The notes under the pieces: model-generated
Told to the model about the DNA's origin: nothing
The model's input: the letters and a program-made list of their open reading frames with translations, nothing else
The model's database searches: none
Shown: positions 8,600 through 18,726 of the stretch, one piece after another
Layout of the letters: each line of letters starts with the position of its first letter
How positions within the stretch are numbered: position 1 is the first letter of the stretch
Origin: an uncultured Chloroflexia bacterium
GTDB lineage: Bacteria; Chloroflexota; Anaerolineae; Anaerolineales; UBA4823
Direction of reading: 5' to 3'
Length of the DNA stretch: 64,000 nt
NCBI GenBank assembly: GCA_963822175.1
Contig: CAWGGJ010000008.1
Coordinates: 640,388-704,387, forward strand
Position numbers and translations under genes: made by a program

Positions 8600-10249
8600 T
8601 TAGTAGTAAACGTAGAAAGAACTCCATATCTGTTCGACAGTGGCGCTGTCACCCGGGAAGGATTGAATTTCAAGCAGGATGATCGCCGCGGTTGGGTCTA
8701 CGATATCTACAGCACTGAGTACATAGGCATCATATCCATCAACCCCACCGCAGTTACTATAAGCGTCATATTTTCCACGGTATAGACCATCGTTATAATC
8801 ATAACGACCAACTAGAGTGCAATCGCCACTGTACCCATCGGTGTAATAGTCAAGGAATTGTACATAACCGCCATACTTGGCAAATGTGTCTGATGCCCCA
8901 AAGAAAAGGCCTTCTGCATCATAAAAACTTTGGAAATCCGAAAGGCTGGGGGCAGCAGATATGGCTACGCCAATATCTTCCCCTTCAAAATTCCATGAAG
9001 AGCCAAGTACATCTGTCCAATAATCAGGAACATCGACCTGGAGTGTTCCTGAATCATCCACACAAGTGAGCCAACCACTTACAGTACTGGCTTGGCAATT
9101 CGCCGGTATTGAACCTCCAGGTGTTGTCACTGGTGTTTGATCAGGCGAATCTTGTAAAGTTGAAACAACTTCCAGGGTACGGCCATTCAGCTGACCTTCC
9201 AGAATTTCCCCAGTTTGCCAACGAAGGACTTGAAGTGCCATGGTATCTTCTGGTTTTTTAGTGCGCAAGATATCACAGTATTCGTTCATTGTGCCGTCTG
9301 AAGCCAGGTATATATTTTCAAGGGAGGTAATAATATCGCCTGCTTTGACTCCGGCTTTGTCAGCAGGTGAGCCGGACTTTACTGAGCTAACCCAGATACC
9401 GGTTATAGATCCATCTTCGTTCGAAATGGCTTGACCATTGATTCCAATTAAATCAACATCCTTACCTGTCTTTAGCTGCTCAATAACCGGGGTTGTAGTA
9501 CCCCGATTGATAGCATAATACTGGTTTGTTGAGCTCGAACCGGCATAGTTCACCCCAACTACCTGGGCATTTTTATCCACCAAAGGTCCACCAGAGTTAC
9601 CAGGATTGATCGTCGAAGTGTGTTCAATAACCAAATCTACTGATGCCCAGGATGTTTCTCCATCGGCATTTTCCTTGGAAACGATACCATTAGTCAGCGT
9701 ATACTCCGGATCACCAAGCGGAAAACCTGCAGCAAAAACCTCTAAACCAACCGTAGCAGGTCCGTCATACCAGGAAAGATATGGGAAACCATCACCCTCA
9801 ATGTCAATGAGGGCAAGATCGGAACATTCAGACACGCCCAAAATGCGAGCGTTGTATACCTTGTTTTTATCGCCGCCAACCCAAACCTTGATCAAACCAG
9901 CACCAGTGACAACATGGTTGTTAGTCACTGCAAGCCCGGAAGGATCAATGATAAAACCTGATCCACGGCCTGCTGAATTGGCCAGGTAGCCAAATTCAGG
10001 GTCGACAAATGTGCCTTCTGCTTCGATCTGGATGGTTGCTTTCTTCAAATCGGGTAGTGAAGTAACGAGACCTGATGGCACCTCTGTTGGAGTGGGAGCA
10101 GAGGTCTCAGTGGGTGCCTTCTGGATGATAACCTCTGTCGGAGGAGTTTGTGTTGCTGTCTCTTTTGCCGATCCGCAGGCTGAACCAACGAGCATGAAAA
10201 ATATAACGGTCAATACAATGGATGTAAACGTTTTCCCGCGCATGAGCAT
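8600..10249 (-). CDS. Secreted trypsin-like serine protease (S1C/HtrA-like) with PDZ and a C-terminal extra domain
   Basis: It has a signal/lipobox-like N-terminus (LVGSACGS), TNNHV (His), DLALI (Asp), GNSGGPL (Ser) and a PDZ-like segment GSPADKAGVKAGDII. Confidence 0.85.
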   Translation of the reverse strand: MLMRGKTFTSIVLTVIFFMLVGSACGSAKETATQTPPTEVIIQKAPTETSAPTPTEVPSGLVTSLPDLKKATIQIEAEGTFVDPEFGYLANSAGRGSGFIIDPSGLAVTNNHVVTGAGLIKVWVGGDKNKVYNARILGVSECSDLALIDIEGDGFPYLSWYDGPATVGLEVFAAGFPLGDPEYTLTNGIVSKENADGETSWASVDLVIEHTSTINPGNSGGPLVDKNAQVVGVNYAGSSSTNQYYAINRGTTTPVIEQLKTGKDVDLIGINGQAISNEDGSITGIWVSSVKSGSPADKAGVKAGDIITSLENIYLASDGTMNEYCDILRTKKPEDTMALQVLRWQTGEILEGQLNGRTLEVVSTLQDSPDQTPVTTPGGSIPANCQASTVSGWLTCVDDSGTLQVDVPDYWTDVLGSSWNFEGEDIGVAISAAPSLSDFQSFYDAEGLFFGASDTFAKYGGYVQFLDYYTDGYSGDCTLVGRYDYNDGLYRGKYDAYSNCGGVDGYDAYVLSAVDIVDPTAAIILLEIQSFPGDSATVEQIWSSFYVYY

Positions 10250-10328
10250 CTCCTTAATTTAATTGATATCGATCATGGCTTTCAGTTGATTTTATTACTA
10301 TGGACTAAGTTTACCATTAAAATCAAAT

Positions 10329-10820
10329 TTATAAATACTTCGCTAATATCTGCCTTGTGGAAGCGAATGCCAAAGGTGGTAAATCATTAGGAGAAAAATA
10401 GGCAGCTTGATTTGCATCATCACCGGGTATTAATTCACCAGATAGGATCTTTGCCTGATACAGGATCAGAATACTTGCTCCACGGGGGTGTACTTGACTG
10501 AATATTACATCAAGCAACCGGATATCCTTAATCTTGAGGCCAGTCTCTTCGACACACTCGCGTTCAGCAGCTGATTTTGGATCTTCCCCCGAATCAATAA
10601 ATCCACTCGGCAAAGTCCAAAGCCCTTTTTGTGGATCATACTTGCGTTGAACCAACAACACCTGATCCTTATGATTGATCAGGACAGCCACAGCAACTTT
10701 TGGGTCGGGAAAATATACCCATTCACATTGCGGGCATGTTGGCCGAAGCCTGCCCGAATGTATTTTCTCGATGACCGCAGTTCCGCAACGCGGACAAAAC
10801 TTGATCGTACCGTTTATCAT
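10329..10820 (-). CDS. NUDIX hydrolase with N-terminal zinc ribbon
   Basis: CPRCG...CPQC is followed by the Nudix box GFIDSGEDPKSAAERECVEETG. Its start overlaps the upstream gene's stop by 4 nt. Confidence 0.85.
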   Translation of the reverse strand: MINGTIKFCPRCGTAVIEKIHSGRLRPTCPQCEWVYFPDPKVAVAVLINHKDQVLLVQRKYDPQKGLWTLPSGFIDSGEDPKSAAERECVEETGLKIKDIRLLDVIFSQVHPRGASILILYQAKILSGELIPGDDANQAAYFSPNDLPPLAFASTRQILAKYL

Positions 10821-11950
10821 CTGCCGGTGCGAACCCGAAGGATGATCGCTAGAATACCTGCAATGATGGCTATTGCAGCCAGGCTGATCTCAGCAGCAAG
10901 TACGAGATAGCGGATAAAACTAATATTTAGAGGAGAAGGATTTTCTCCAACAACAACTGCTTGTGTTGCAGTGGGATTGCCAGTATCCATCTCCTGATCA
11001 GGAAGTTGCTTTGCGGATGGTGCCGATTGCTCAGTGATCGGGGCAGCATTCATTAGCGGAGCAGGCGTATCCGATGGAGCAATGGAGGGATATGGAGTAG
11101 GAGAAGGTTCTTGAATAATAAATGGTAACGGAGTATCTGTTGGGATGAGGGTAGGAGCCGGAGAAGGTGTTGTGTTTAAGGTTAGGGTAAGAGTAATTGT
11201 TTCAGTGATGGTCACAGCTGGTGTTGGGTTAATCCCCTGTAAGGATAAGGATTGTTCTGAAGTAGGCGTGGGACAATCAAGTATATATGGTATCGTAGGA
11301 TATGCACCGCCAGCAAGATATACTTCACACGTGATCACGGTCGCCTTGGCTTGATCTCCCAATATGGTAGATGTTATTATCGGCGTGGCAGTTGGTGGAT
11401 AGGCGAAGAGGTAAATGGTAGTTGGAGTGGGATTTTGAACTTCATCAACTGGCAAAGTTTCCATAGGAAGAACTGAAGATTCAATCGCAGGTGCTTGCAT
11501 CATTACCGGTGGGGGAGCTTCGGTAGGTAATGGGGTTGACCCTTCACTGCGTGCTACCTCTTGTTGAACCGTTACTGATTCAGCGGGAGCTGAAGGAGCT
11601 AATGCAACCGGTGTAGTGGAAGTCAGGAACGTATCACCAAAGATTACCATCACCAGTAAGATTGTAGCAACCGCTGAAACGATCCCCATTGCAGGTGCCC
11701 AGCGCATGGGAGAACGACTTTCTACGGTCTTAGAAACAACCTGGGGGTTAATATAATAATTCCTGGGTGCCCGAATTTTTGGCATATTGTGTAATAATGA
11801 TCGGGTTTGAGCGAACGTGTTTAGCTCTTTCTGCAACGCAGGGTCAATTTTTAGGCGTGCTTCAAAGCGCTCACGCTCCTGGTTTCCCAACTGGTTATCC
11901 AGGTAAGCTGAGATTAGCTCATAATCACGTGATGTCATCTGGTTCTTCAT
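10817..11950 (-). CDS. Anti-sigma factor (single TM, Pro/Thr-rich extracytoplasmic region)
   Basis: The N-terminus YELISAYLDNQL...RFEARL is typical of anti-sigma domains. It has TM helices and lies immediately downstream of the ECF sigma gene. Confidence 0.65.
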   Translation of the reverse strand: MKNQMTSRDYELISAYLDNQLGNQERERFEARLKIDPALQKELNTFAQTRSLLHNMPKIRAPRNYYINPQVVSKTVESRSPMRWAPAMGIVSAVATILLVMVIFGDTFLTSTTPVALAPSAPAESVTVQQEVARSEGSTPLPTEAPPPVMMQAPAIESSVLPMETLPVDEVQNPTPTTIYLFAYPPTATPIITSTILGDQAKATVITCEVYLAGGAYPTIPYILDCPTPTSEQSLSLQGINPTPAVTITETITLTLTLNTTPSPAPTLIPTDTPLPFIIQEPSPTPYPSIAPSDTPAPLMNAAPITEQSAPSAKQLPDQEMDTGNPTATQAVVVGENPSPLNISFIRYLVLAAEISLAAIAIIAGILAIILRVRTGR

Positions 11951-11959
11951 CTTGCACCC

Positions 11960-12583
11960 TCATTCCAGACGAAATCCGGCAGGTAAAAGTTCCGCGAATC
12001 CATTCAGGCAATCTCTCAAACGCAACCGGGCACGTGCCAGGCGGCTTTTAATTGTCCCAATCGGTTTTTTTGCTGCTTGTGAGGCTTCAGAATAATCCAG
12101 TCCTTGGATATCCACCATGATCACAGCAGAACGAAATTCAACTGGCAAATTTTCCAGGCAATGCTGGATTGCGCGTTGAAGTTCCGCCCGTTCAGCTCGA
12201 TCTTCAGGTTGTTCAGCTGGATCAATCATCCATCGGGCAGACTCGACTTCTTCTCCAGTATCATCTAGAGGCTCCAGGGGCACTGTCGGCCGGCGTTTCC
12301 TGCGACGTAACTCATCATAGCAGGCATTGGTTACGATGCGGAGTAACCAGGCTTTGAATGAGCCTCCGCGAAATGAGCTTAGGTGATTATATGCCGATAT
12401 AAACGTGCTTTGGGTTGCATCGTCAGCTGCTTCACCTTCCCCCATCATCCGGTAGGCATGGTTATACACCATATCTTGATATGCCAGGACCAGGCGGTTG
12501 AATGAATCCACATCACCCTCCCTGGCAGCCTGGATCAATGAAGTCTCTTCCACAGTTATTATTCTAACGCATATTACATTCAA
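11960..12583 (-). CDS. ECF-type sigma-70 family RNA polymerase sigma factor
   Basis: Region 2 (FNRLVLAYQDMVYNHAYRM, KAWLLRIVTNACYDELRRR) and region 4 (EASQAAKKPIGTIKSRLARAR) are present. The true start may be internal. Confidence 0.85.
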   Translation of the reverse strand: MNVICVRIITVEETSLIQAAREGDVDSFNRLVLAYQDMVYNHAYRMMGEGEAADDATQSTFISAYNHLSSFRGGSFKAWLLRIVTNACYDELRRRKRRPTVPLEPLDDTGEEVESARWMIDPAEQPEDRAERAELQRAIQHCLENLPVEFRSAVIMVDIQGLDYSEASQAAKKPIGTIKSRLARARLRLRDCLNGFAELLPAGFRLE

Positions 12584-12633
12584 TAGCTATTGCTGGTAAC
12601 AGGAATGGGGTTTAAAATTTGAGGGAGGTATAT

Positions 12634-12747
12634 ATGAAAGAAGATAATCGCCGTATTCTCTTTTCATGCCTGATTATATTGATTGTTGTTGGCATATTTC
12701 TCAGTTTATTATTCATCATTGGAGCGGGGATCCTGATTTTTGGGTGA
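12634..12747 (+). CDS. Candidate 37-aa small membrane protein (below the ORF-track cutoff)
   Basis: The ATG at 12634 is preceded by GAGGGAGG at optimal spacing. The peptide is MKEDNRRILFSCLIILIVVGIFLSLLFIIGAGILIFG: a charged N-terminus and one TM helix. Confidence 0.35.
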   Translation: MKEDNRRILFSCLIILIVVGIFLSLLFIIGAGILIFG

Positions 12748-12768
12748 CTTACCGGGTAATGATCATAC

Positions 12769-13446
12769 ATGGCCATAGATTTTAGTCGGGTAAACGCTAT
12801 TTGTTTTGATGTTGATGGAACATTAAGTGATACAGATGATCAGTTTGTAAATAATCTGGTAAGGTTTTTGAAACCAGTTAGGTTTGTTTTCCACCAGCAG
12901 GATGTCCTTCCAGTTGCTCGAAAGCTAGTCATGTTTACAGAAGGTCCTGGAAGTTGGCTGTACCGCGTCGCAGATAAATTAGGATTGGATGGCAAAATTG
13001 TTACACTAGGTGATCGCCTTTATGAAATGGGCATCGGAGAGACTTCAGAACCTTATTGTCTAATAGACGGTGTTTGGCAGATGCTGGTAACGCTGCGCAA
13101 TCGATTTCCCCTCTCAATAATCAGCAATCGGGGACAGAAATCCACCCTTAGGTTTCTATTCCAATTCGAACTTGTCTCCTTTTTTACCGCTGTCGCCACT
13201 GGTCAGACCTGTAGACATACCAAACCCTATCCGGATCCAATTTACTGGGCTGCAGACAAGATGGGTGTTGCAGCCTCATCCTGTCTTATGATCGGTGATA
13301 CTGTTACTGATATCCTGGCGGGTAAAAATGCCGGTGCTCAGACCATAGGTGTCCTTAGTGGTTTTGGTGATGAAACAGAGTTACGACGTGCTGGTGCAGA
13401 TGCCATTTTAAAAAACACTGCGGATCTTGTTGACATGATTTACTAG
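12769..13446 (+). CDS. HAD-superfamily hydrolase (phosphoglycolate phosphatase-like)
   Basis: HAD motif I is FDVDGTLSDT. Motifs II to IV are also present (SNR..., K..P, GDTVTDILAG). Confidence 0.85.
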   Translation: MAIDFSRVNAICFDVDGTLSDTDDQFVNNLVRFLKPVRFVFHQQDVLPVARKLVMFTEGPGSWLYRVADKLGLDGKIVTLGDRLYEMGIGETSEPYCLIDGVWQMLVTLRNRFPLSIISNRGQKSTLRFLFQFELVSFFTAVATGQTCRHTKPYPDPIYWAADKMGVAASSCLMIGDTVTDILAGKNAGAQTIGVLSGFGDETELRRAGADAILKNTADLVDMIY

Positions 13447-13590
13447 AAATTTTAAAGTTTAACATTTAGAAATTCAGTTTACTGGGGGATGCGAATTTCT
13501 TCATTAATGAAATGCTTAAACAAGCACTAAATTACAATAATCTGCGTATTATTGTTTTATTATTTATTTCGTGGCTAGATGAGTATATTG

Positions 13591-15912
13591 CTAGGTCTCA
13601 GCCTGCAGCTCCACCAGCATTCGTTGATATAAGTTAATATTGTCCGGGTTGAGAGCAAGGATTGCCATTACGGACTCTATTGCTGCCTTCCGGTTACCAG
13701 TTTGTACAAACATCTCTTTAGCGATCACCAGCTGGTTAATGGCTTCATCTTTACGTCCTAAAAGCCGGTAAATCTCAGCCAATCGTTGGTTCAGTGCTGG
13801 TTGATTTTGGTTTTCCAGCATTTTATTGTTAAGCAACTCGAGTGCTTCTGTTGATCGATTTACACTGAGTAGGTAGTTGATGTAATTATCCAATTCAGAC
13901 ATAGCCTGACTGGATTGCCCAAGGCGAATGTTAAGGTCAAACAACATGTCACGCGCTTTTTCATCATCAGGATCAAGTGTACGAATTTGTTCGTAAACAC
14001 GAAGAGCATTGCGCCAATCCAGGCTTTGCATATCGATATCTGCCATGCGGTGCATCAGTTTCACTTTGGTTTCCCGTCCAACATTCGCCTGTTGGGCAAA
14101 GCGAAATGCCCTGGAGTATGTTTTTCGCGCCATGGTAAGATCTGCCAGGCTATAATATGTTTCAGCAAGCCTGGTAAATTCATGAATTGCATCCTGTGCT
14201 TTTCCACGCGCCATTAATAACTCAATCAGGTTGTTTCGGGCATCCAGATCCATCGGAGCTAATTCACTCACCCGCTTGAGTAAACTGATCGCCCGGTTTA
14301 CTTCTCCGCGGACGTTATAGCTCTTTGCAACGATGGAATACTTCAGTACAGCCTCTGGAACTCGATTTTCCTGAACCAACAAGTCCCCGATAGATATATG
14401 CAACGGTAGATACGTGGGAGCGAATTTCAGTGCAAAAAAGGCTTCTTCCATCGCACTCAATACCTTGTTGGCTCGTGCAAGCTGGTTCACCTTGGCAAGT
14501 GACTCAACCAATTGACTGCTGGTCGCTTCAGTAAGCATCTCGGCGAGCGGGATAGGTGGAGCACCGGATGGTTGGGCAGGGATTTGTTGCCTGGCAAGCC
14601 GGATTTGCTCTTTCCAATCTGGTCTGATAAGCATTTTGCTGATATTTTCACAAATCCTTTTTTGTAACTTTTGATCCGATTGGTGAGAATATGTCTCAAC
14701 CAGTGGCTCGTACAATTGGATCAATTCCTCAGCCTGGTCGGCAGGGACGCTTTCTGCATCAGCAATCCGCAAGGCCTCCAGGTATTCTATCGAAGCTTCC
14801 TTTATGAGTTCCATCTTATATAAGGTCAGTGCAAGAAGCAGACGCGCTCCCAGGCCGAATAATTCATGTTGAACTGATTTTCTGATATTTTGAACAGCGC
14901 TTTCATATTTCTCAGTTTTTGATTGGATAAAGCCCAGATCAAAATATGCTGCAGAACTATCCAACCCAGCATTCATAGCCTGTTCCAACTCTGCACCCGC
15001 TTGCGCATCCTGACCATGTGATTGCAAATCAATTGCCTGGCTTAAGTGAAGGATGATTTTTGTTTGATCGAATTGTTCTTGCCCCGAATCACCCATGCCC
15101 TTGACGATGGACGCTATTCCTTTTCTGGTTTGTGGAGCCTGCACTTCTTCCTGTTCAAAAAGCAGTTCGGCCAGCATAGTTAATGCTTTTTGTTTGGCGT
15201 CTTGAATGGGATCTAGCCTAGGTCGCTCATCCTTTATACTGGTTGAAGTTTCAGCATTGCGGACTTGAGACATTAACAATGGTCCTGTACCTCCTTTAGG
15301 ACGGCTTGGTCCTGGAAGTGATTTACCACTTTGCAACATTGCTAGTGCCTGGCTGGCCTCCTTGCTGTTCGGTACCACCTGTAAGGCATGTTTCATTGTT
15401 TGGATTGCTTTTTGCGTGTTCCCCTGACTCTGCAACAAACTGGCGATTGCTAAATATTCAACCATTGCTTCACTCGTGCGTTCCAGGCGTTCATAGACTA
15501 GCGCTAATCGCGTATGAGCTGCCAGGTGCTCCGGATTTAACACGATCACACGTGACCAGCTGCGGATAGCTTTCTCAATCTCCTTATTATGAGCATATAA
15601 TTCAGCGACATCCATATAAGTTTTAGTGGCTTTATCCAAATCTCCCATCCGCTCATAGATTTCTGCTACCTTCTGTGGAGGTACAGAATCATTAGGAGAT
15701 AATTGCGCTGCACGCTGGTAATATTCAAGTGATTCGTGGTATTTCTGCAGCTCAAAGAGCGCTAAAGCCAGGCTGGTAATTGCTATGCTATTTTCAGGAA
15801 ATTCGTCAATGGCAACATGATAATATGAACATGCCTTTTCCCAATCCTGGTCCCAGGCTGCTGAGTGACCCTGGTTCATCGCATTTTGAAAAACTTGTTG
15901 ATCACCACTCAT
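13591..15912 (-). CDS. Tetratricopeptide (TPR) repeat protein
   Basis: The 773-aa ORF shows repeated 34-aa A/Y/L periodic TPR-like units throughout. Confidence 0.8.
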   Translation of the reverse strand: MSGDQQVFQNAMNQGHSAAWDQDWEKACSYYHVAIDEFPENSIAITSLALALFELQKYHESLEYYQRAAQLSPNDSVPPQKVAEIYERMGDLDKATKTYMDVAELYAHNKEIEKAIRSWSRVIVLNPEHLAAHTRLALVYERLERTSEAMVEYLAIASLLQSQGNTQKAIQTMKHALQVVPNSKEASQALAMLQSGKSLPGPSRPKGGTGPLLMSQVRNAETSTSIKDERPRLDPIQDAKQKALTMLAELLFEQEEVQAPQTRKGIASIVKGMGDSGQEQFDQTKIILHLSQAIDLQSHGQDAQAGAELEQAMNAGLDSSAAYFDLGFIQSKTEKYESAVQNIRKSVQHELFGLGARLLLALTLYKMELIKEASIEYLEALRIADAESVPADQAEELIQLYEPLVETYSHQSDQKLQKRICENISKMLIRPDWKEQIRLARQQIPAQPSGAPPIPLAEMLTEATSSQLVESLAKVNQLARANKVLSAMEEAFFALKFAPTYLPLHISIGDLLVQENRVPEAVLKYSIVAKSYNVRGEVNRAISLLKRVSELAPMDLDARNNLIELLMARGKAQDAIHEFTRLAETYYSLADLTMARKTYSRAFRFAQQANVGRETKVKLMHRMADIDMQSLDWRNALRVYEQIRTLDPDDEKARDMLFDLNIRLGQSSQAMSELDNYINYLLSVNRSTEALELLNNKMLENQNQPALNQRLAEIYRLLGRKDEAINQLVIAKEMFVQTGNRKAAIESVMAILALNPDNINLYQRMLVELQAET

Positions 15913-15921
15913 AAAAACTCC

Positions 15922-18720
15922 CTATTCTTCCAATACTGATAAATCTCCCCAGTTATGACCGAAACGGGCTTCTGTTTTCAAGGGGATAACTAAATTATAG
16001 GCATTTTCCATCATTGTGCGAACAATTTTAACAGTCTTTTTTACTTCATCGGACGGGCATTCAAGAACAAGCTCATCGTGCACCTGAAGGAGAATATGAC
16101 CACCTAGGCCTGCATCCTTCAATCCTGCTGCCACCCGAAGCATTGCCAATTTCATGATATCAGCTGCTGTGCCCTGGATTGGTGCATTGATCGCCTCACG
16201 TTCTTCGCGTGCCCTTGTAGCAGGATTACCACCTGATTTTAGTCCAGGGAAATATCGACGACGTCCAAGTAAAGTCTCAACATAACCTTGCCTTGCAGCC
16301 ATCCGGCGCATATTATCCAAATAGGCTTTAACACCTGGGAATTGCTCAAAGTAGGCTTCAACAAAATCCTCCGCTTCGGCCAGGGTTAGCTCACTGGTCC
16401 GGGTGAGGCCGAATGCGCTCATCCCATACAACAGGCCAAAGTTGATTGCTTTAGCATTACGACGCTGCTCCTTGGTGACCTTATCCAGGGTCGTTCCCAG
16501 GATGGCAGCAGCCGTGGCAGTGTGAATATCCTGGTTAGCACGGAATGCTGCCAGCATCGCCTCATCACCTGACATGTGAGCAGCAATGCGCAACTCGACC
16601 TGTGAATAGTCAACCGATATCAAGGAGAAACCTTCAGCAGCTATGAAGGCTTGGCGTACCTGGCGACCCAATTCGGTGCGGATGGGTATGTTCTGCAGGT
16701 TAGGATCTGACGAGGCAATTCGCCCTGTGACGCTTCCGGCCTGGTTATAGGATGTATGAACGCGGCCAGTTACAGGATTCACCTGATCTGGTAGTGCGTC
16801 CAAATAGGTTGACTTGAGCTTAGAAAGCTCGCGATATTCAAGAAGCACATCCACAACAGGATGTTTACCCTTCATAGATTCAAGCACCTCCGCAGAGGTT
16901 GAATAATGACCTGAATCAGTTCGTCTGGTGCCATCGGGCGGACTGAGTTTTAGGCGGTTGAATAATGCATCGGATAATTGTTGCGTTGAATTAAGGTTAA
17001 ATCGTTCACCGATATAATCAAACACTTGTGTTTCAATATCACTCAAGCGACTTTGAAGCTCAGCGGACATTTTTTTAAGGAATTTTATATCCAAGGTAAT
17101 GCCGGTCATTTCCATGTCAGCAAGGACCGGGATAAGCGGCATCTCAAGCTGTTCAAAAAGCGACATGGCAGAGTTTGCTGTCAACTCCGCCTTGAGCCCT
17201 GGTAGTAATCTAATGACCGCAATTGCATCCTTGGCCGCATATGGTGCAGCTTTTTCAATTGGAACTTGCGCCATGGTGATCTGTTTCTTGCCAGTCCCAA
17301 TCAAGCTGCTGATTTCGTTCATGCGAAAATCGAGGCGAACCCAGGCTAAATTTTTTAATCCCAAATTATGCGATGTAGGGTTGGTCAACCATTCAGCAAC
17401 CATTGTATCGAAGGTGAGGGGAGATGGACGCAATCCATTTCTGGCCAGCAGGACAAAATCGTATTTGAGGTTATGACCGATTTTTGGGATATTGATATTT
17501 GTTAACGGGTCTCGTAATGCATCAATAACCTGTTGGATCGGTAACTGGCGATTATTTTCCCCTTCATGCCCAACAGGGATATACCACCCTTCGTTGGCAT
17601 CCATTGCCAGGGAAATTCCAACCAGATCTGCCCGCATCTGGTCAGTGGAGGTTGTTTCAGTATCAAAGGAAATGATCTTTGCGGATTGCATTCGCTGAAC
17701 TAGGCTGTCAAGTGCTTGTCCGTCATCTACGACATGAACGATGATTTCTCCTTCTTGTTCAGGTGCAGCACTAAGTGGCGGTGTGGAATGAGGGAACAAG
17801 GAAAGTTGTTCATCTTTTGTGGCTACAGATTTTCCAAAAGCTGGGTATAAGGCAGTCAGACGTCCCATTAAAGATCGAAATTCTAGCTCCCTAAACAACG
17901 CTTCAACGCGAGCAGGATCGAAATGTTCGGTCCGCGCCATATCCAGGTCCAGCTTGATTTTGAGATCAGTGATAATGGTCGCCAGTTTTTGACTTAGGTA
18001 TGCATATTCTTTACTAGCTTGGAGTTTTTTTCGAGTGGTTTCTGAGATATCATCCAGATGATTATAAATTTGGTCCAAATTCCCATAGGTAAGTAACAAA
18101 GATACAGCGGTTTTTTCACCAATCCCAACGACTCCGGGAATGTTATCTGATTTATCTCCCACCAGGGCTTTATAATCCACGACCTGGTCAGGTTTCACGC
18201 CGAGTAAATCAACGACATCTTTGGTAAAATAATCCTTTGCATCGGCAAGGGTTTTCCCAGGCAGATTAACCAGGATACGATCGTTCACAAGTTGTAACAA
18301 GTCCCTGTCGCCAGTGATGATTTTAATACCAAATCCTTCTTCAGCCAGGTGATGTGAAAGGCTTCCAAGGACATCATCCGCTTCATAGCCTTCCACCTCA
18401 AGTCGGGGGATATTAAATGCATCCACAATCTGGCGAATACGTTCCATTTGTGGTCGGAGGTCTTCCGGCATTTTTGCCCGTGTGGCTTTATATTCTGGGA
18501 ACAAAGCATCCCGAAACGTTTTCCCGGTATCAAAAGTGACTGCCAGATAATCAGGATGATCCTGTTCAAGCAGGCGGAGCAAAATGGAGGTAAAACCAAA
18601 TACGCCAGCAGTAGGTTCACCAGCATGGGTGGTGAAGGCGTTTGAAGAACCCCTTGTTAGAGCAAAGTATGCCCGGTATGCCAGGGCATGTCCGTCGAGT
18701 AAGTAAATAATAGGAGGCAT
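15922..18720 (-). CDS. polA: DNA polymerase I
   Basis: The 932-aa ORF has a 5'-3' exonuclease N-terminus (LLDGHALAYRAYFA), a 3'-5' exo region (SFDTETT) and polymerase motifs (DYSQVELRI, RRNAKAINFGLLYG, QVHDELV). Confidence 0.97.
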   Translation of the reverse strand: MPPIIYLLDGHALAYRAYFALTRGSSNAFTTHAGEPTAGVFGFTSILLRLLEQDHPDYLAVTFDTGKTFRDALFPEYKATRAKMPEDLRPQMERIRQIVDAFNIPRLEVEGYEADDVLGSLSHHLAEEGFGIKIITGDRDLLQLVNDRILVNLPGKTLADAKDYFTKDVVDLLGVKPDQVVDYKALVGDKSDNIPGVVGIGEKTAVSLLLTYGNLDQIYNHLDDISETTRKKLQASKEYAYLSQKLATIITDLKIKLDLDMARTEHFDPARVEALFRELEFRSLMGRLTALYPAFGKSVATKDEQLSLFPHSTPPLSAAPEQEGEIIVHVVDDGQALDSLVQRMQSAKIISFDTETTSTDQMRADLVGISLAMDANEGWYIPVGHEGENNRQLPIQQVIDALRDPLTNINIPKIGHNLKYDFVLLARNGLRPSPLTFDTMVAEWLTNPTSHNLGLKNLAWVRLDFRMNEISSLIGTGKKQITMAQVPIEKAAPYAAKDAIAVIRLLPGLKAELTANSAMSLFEQLEMPLIPVLADMEMTGITLDIKFLKKMSAELQSRLSDIETQVFDYIGERFNLNSTQQLSDALFNRLKLSPPDGTRRTDSGHYSTSAEVLESMKGKHPVVDVLLEYRELSKLKSTYLDALPDQVNPVTGRVHTSYNQAGSVTGRIASSDPNLQNIPIRTELGRQVRQAFIAAEGFSLISVDYSQVELRIAAHMSGDEAMLAAFRANQDIHTATAAAILGTTLDKVTKEQRRNAKAINFGLLYGMSAFGLTRTSELTLAEAEDFVEAYFEQFPGVKAYLDNMRRMAARQGYVETLLGRRRYFPGLKSGGNPATRAREEREAINAPIQGTAADIMKLAMLRVAAGLKDAGLGGHILLQVHDELVLECPSDEVKKTVKIVRTMMENAYNLVIPLKTEARFGHNWGDLSVLEE

Positions 18721-18726
18721 GCTAAT

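Noticed and set aside
13447-13590. The 12-nt palindrome TTCATTAATGAA and an AT-rich spacer between convergent genes, considered as a terminator or protein-binding site.
   Set aside because: The stem is AT-only and short with no flanking U-tract. It is not distinguishable from background in an AT-rich gap.
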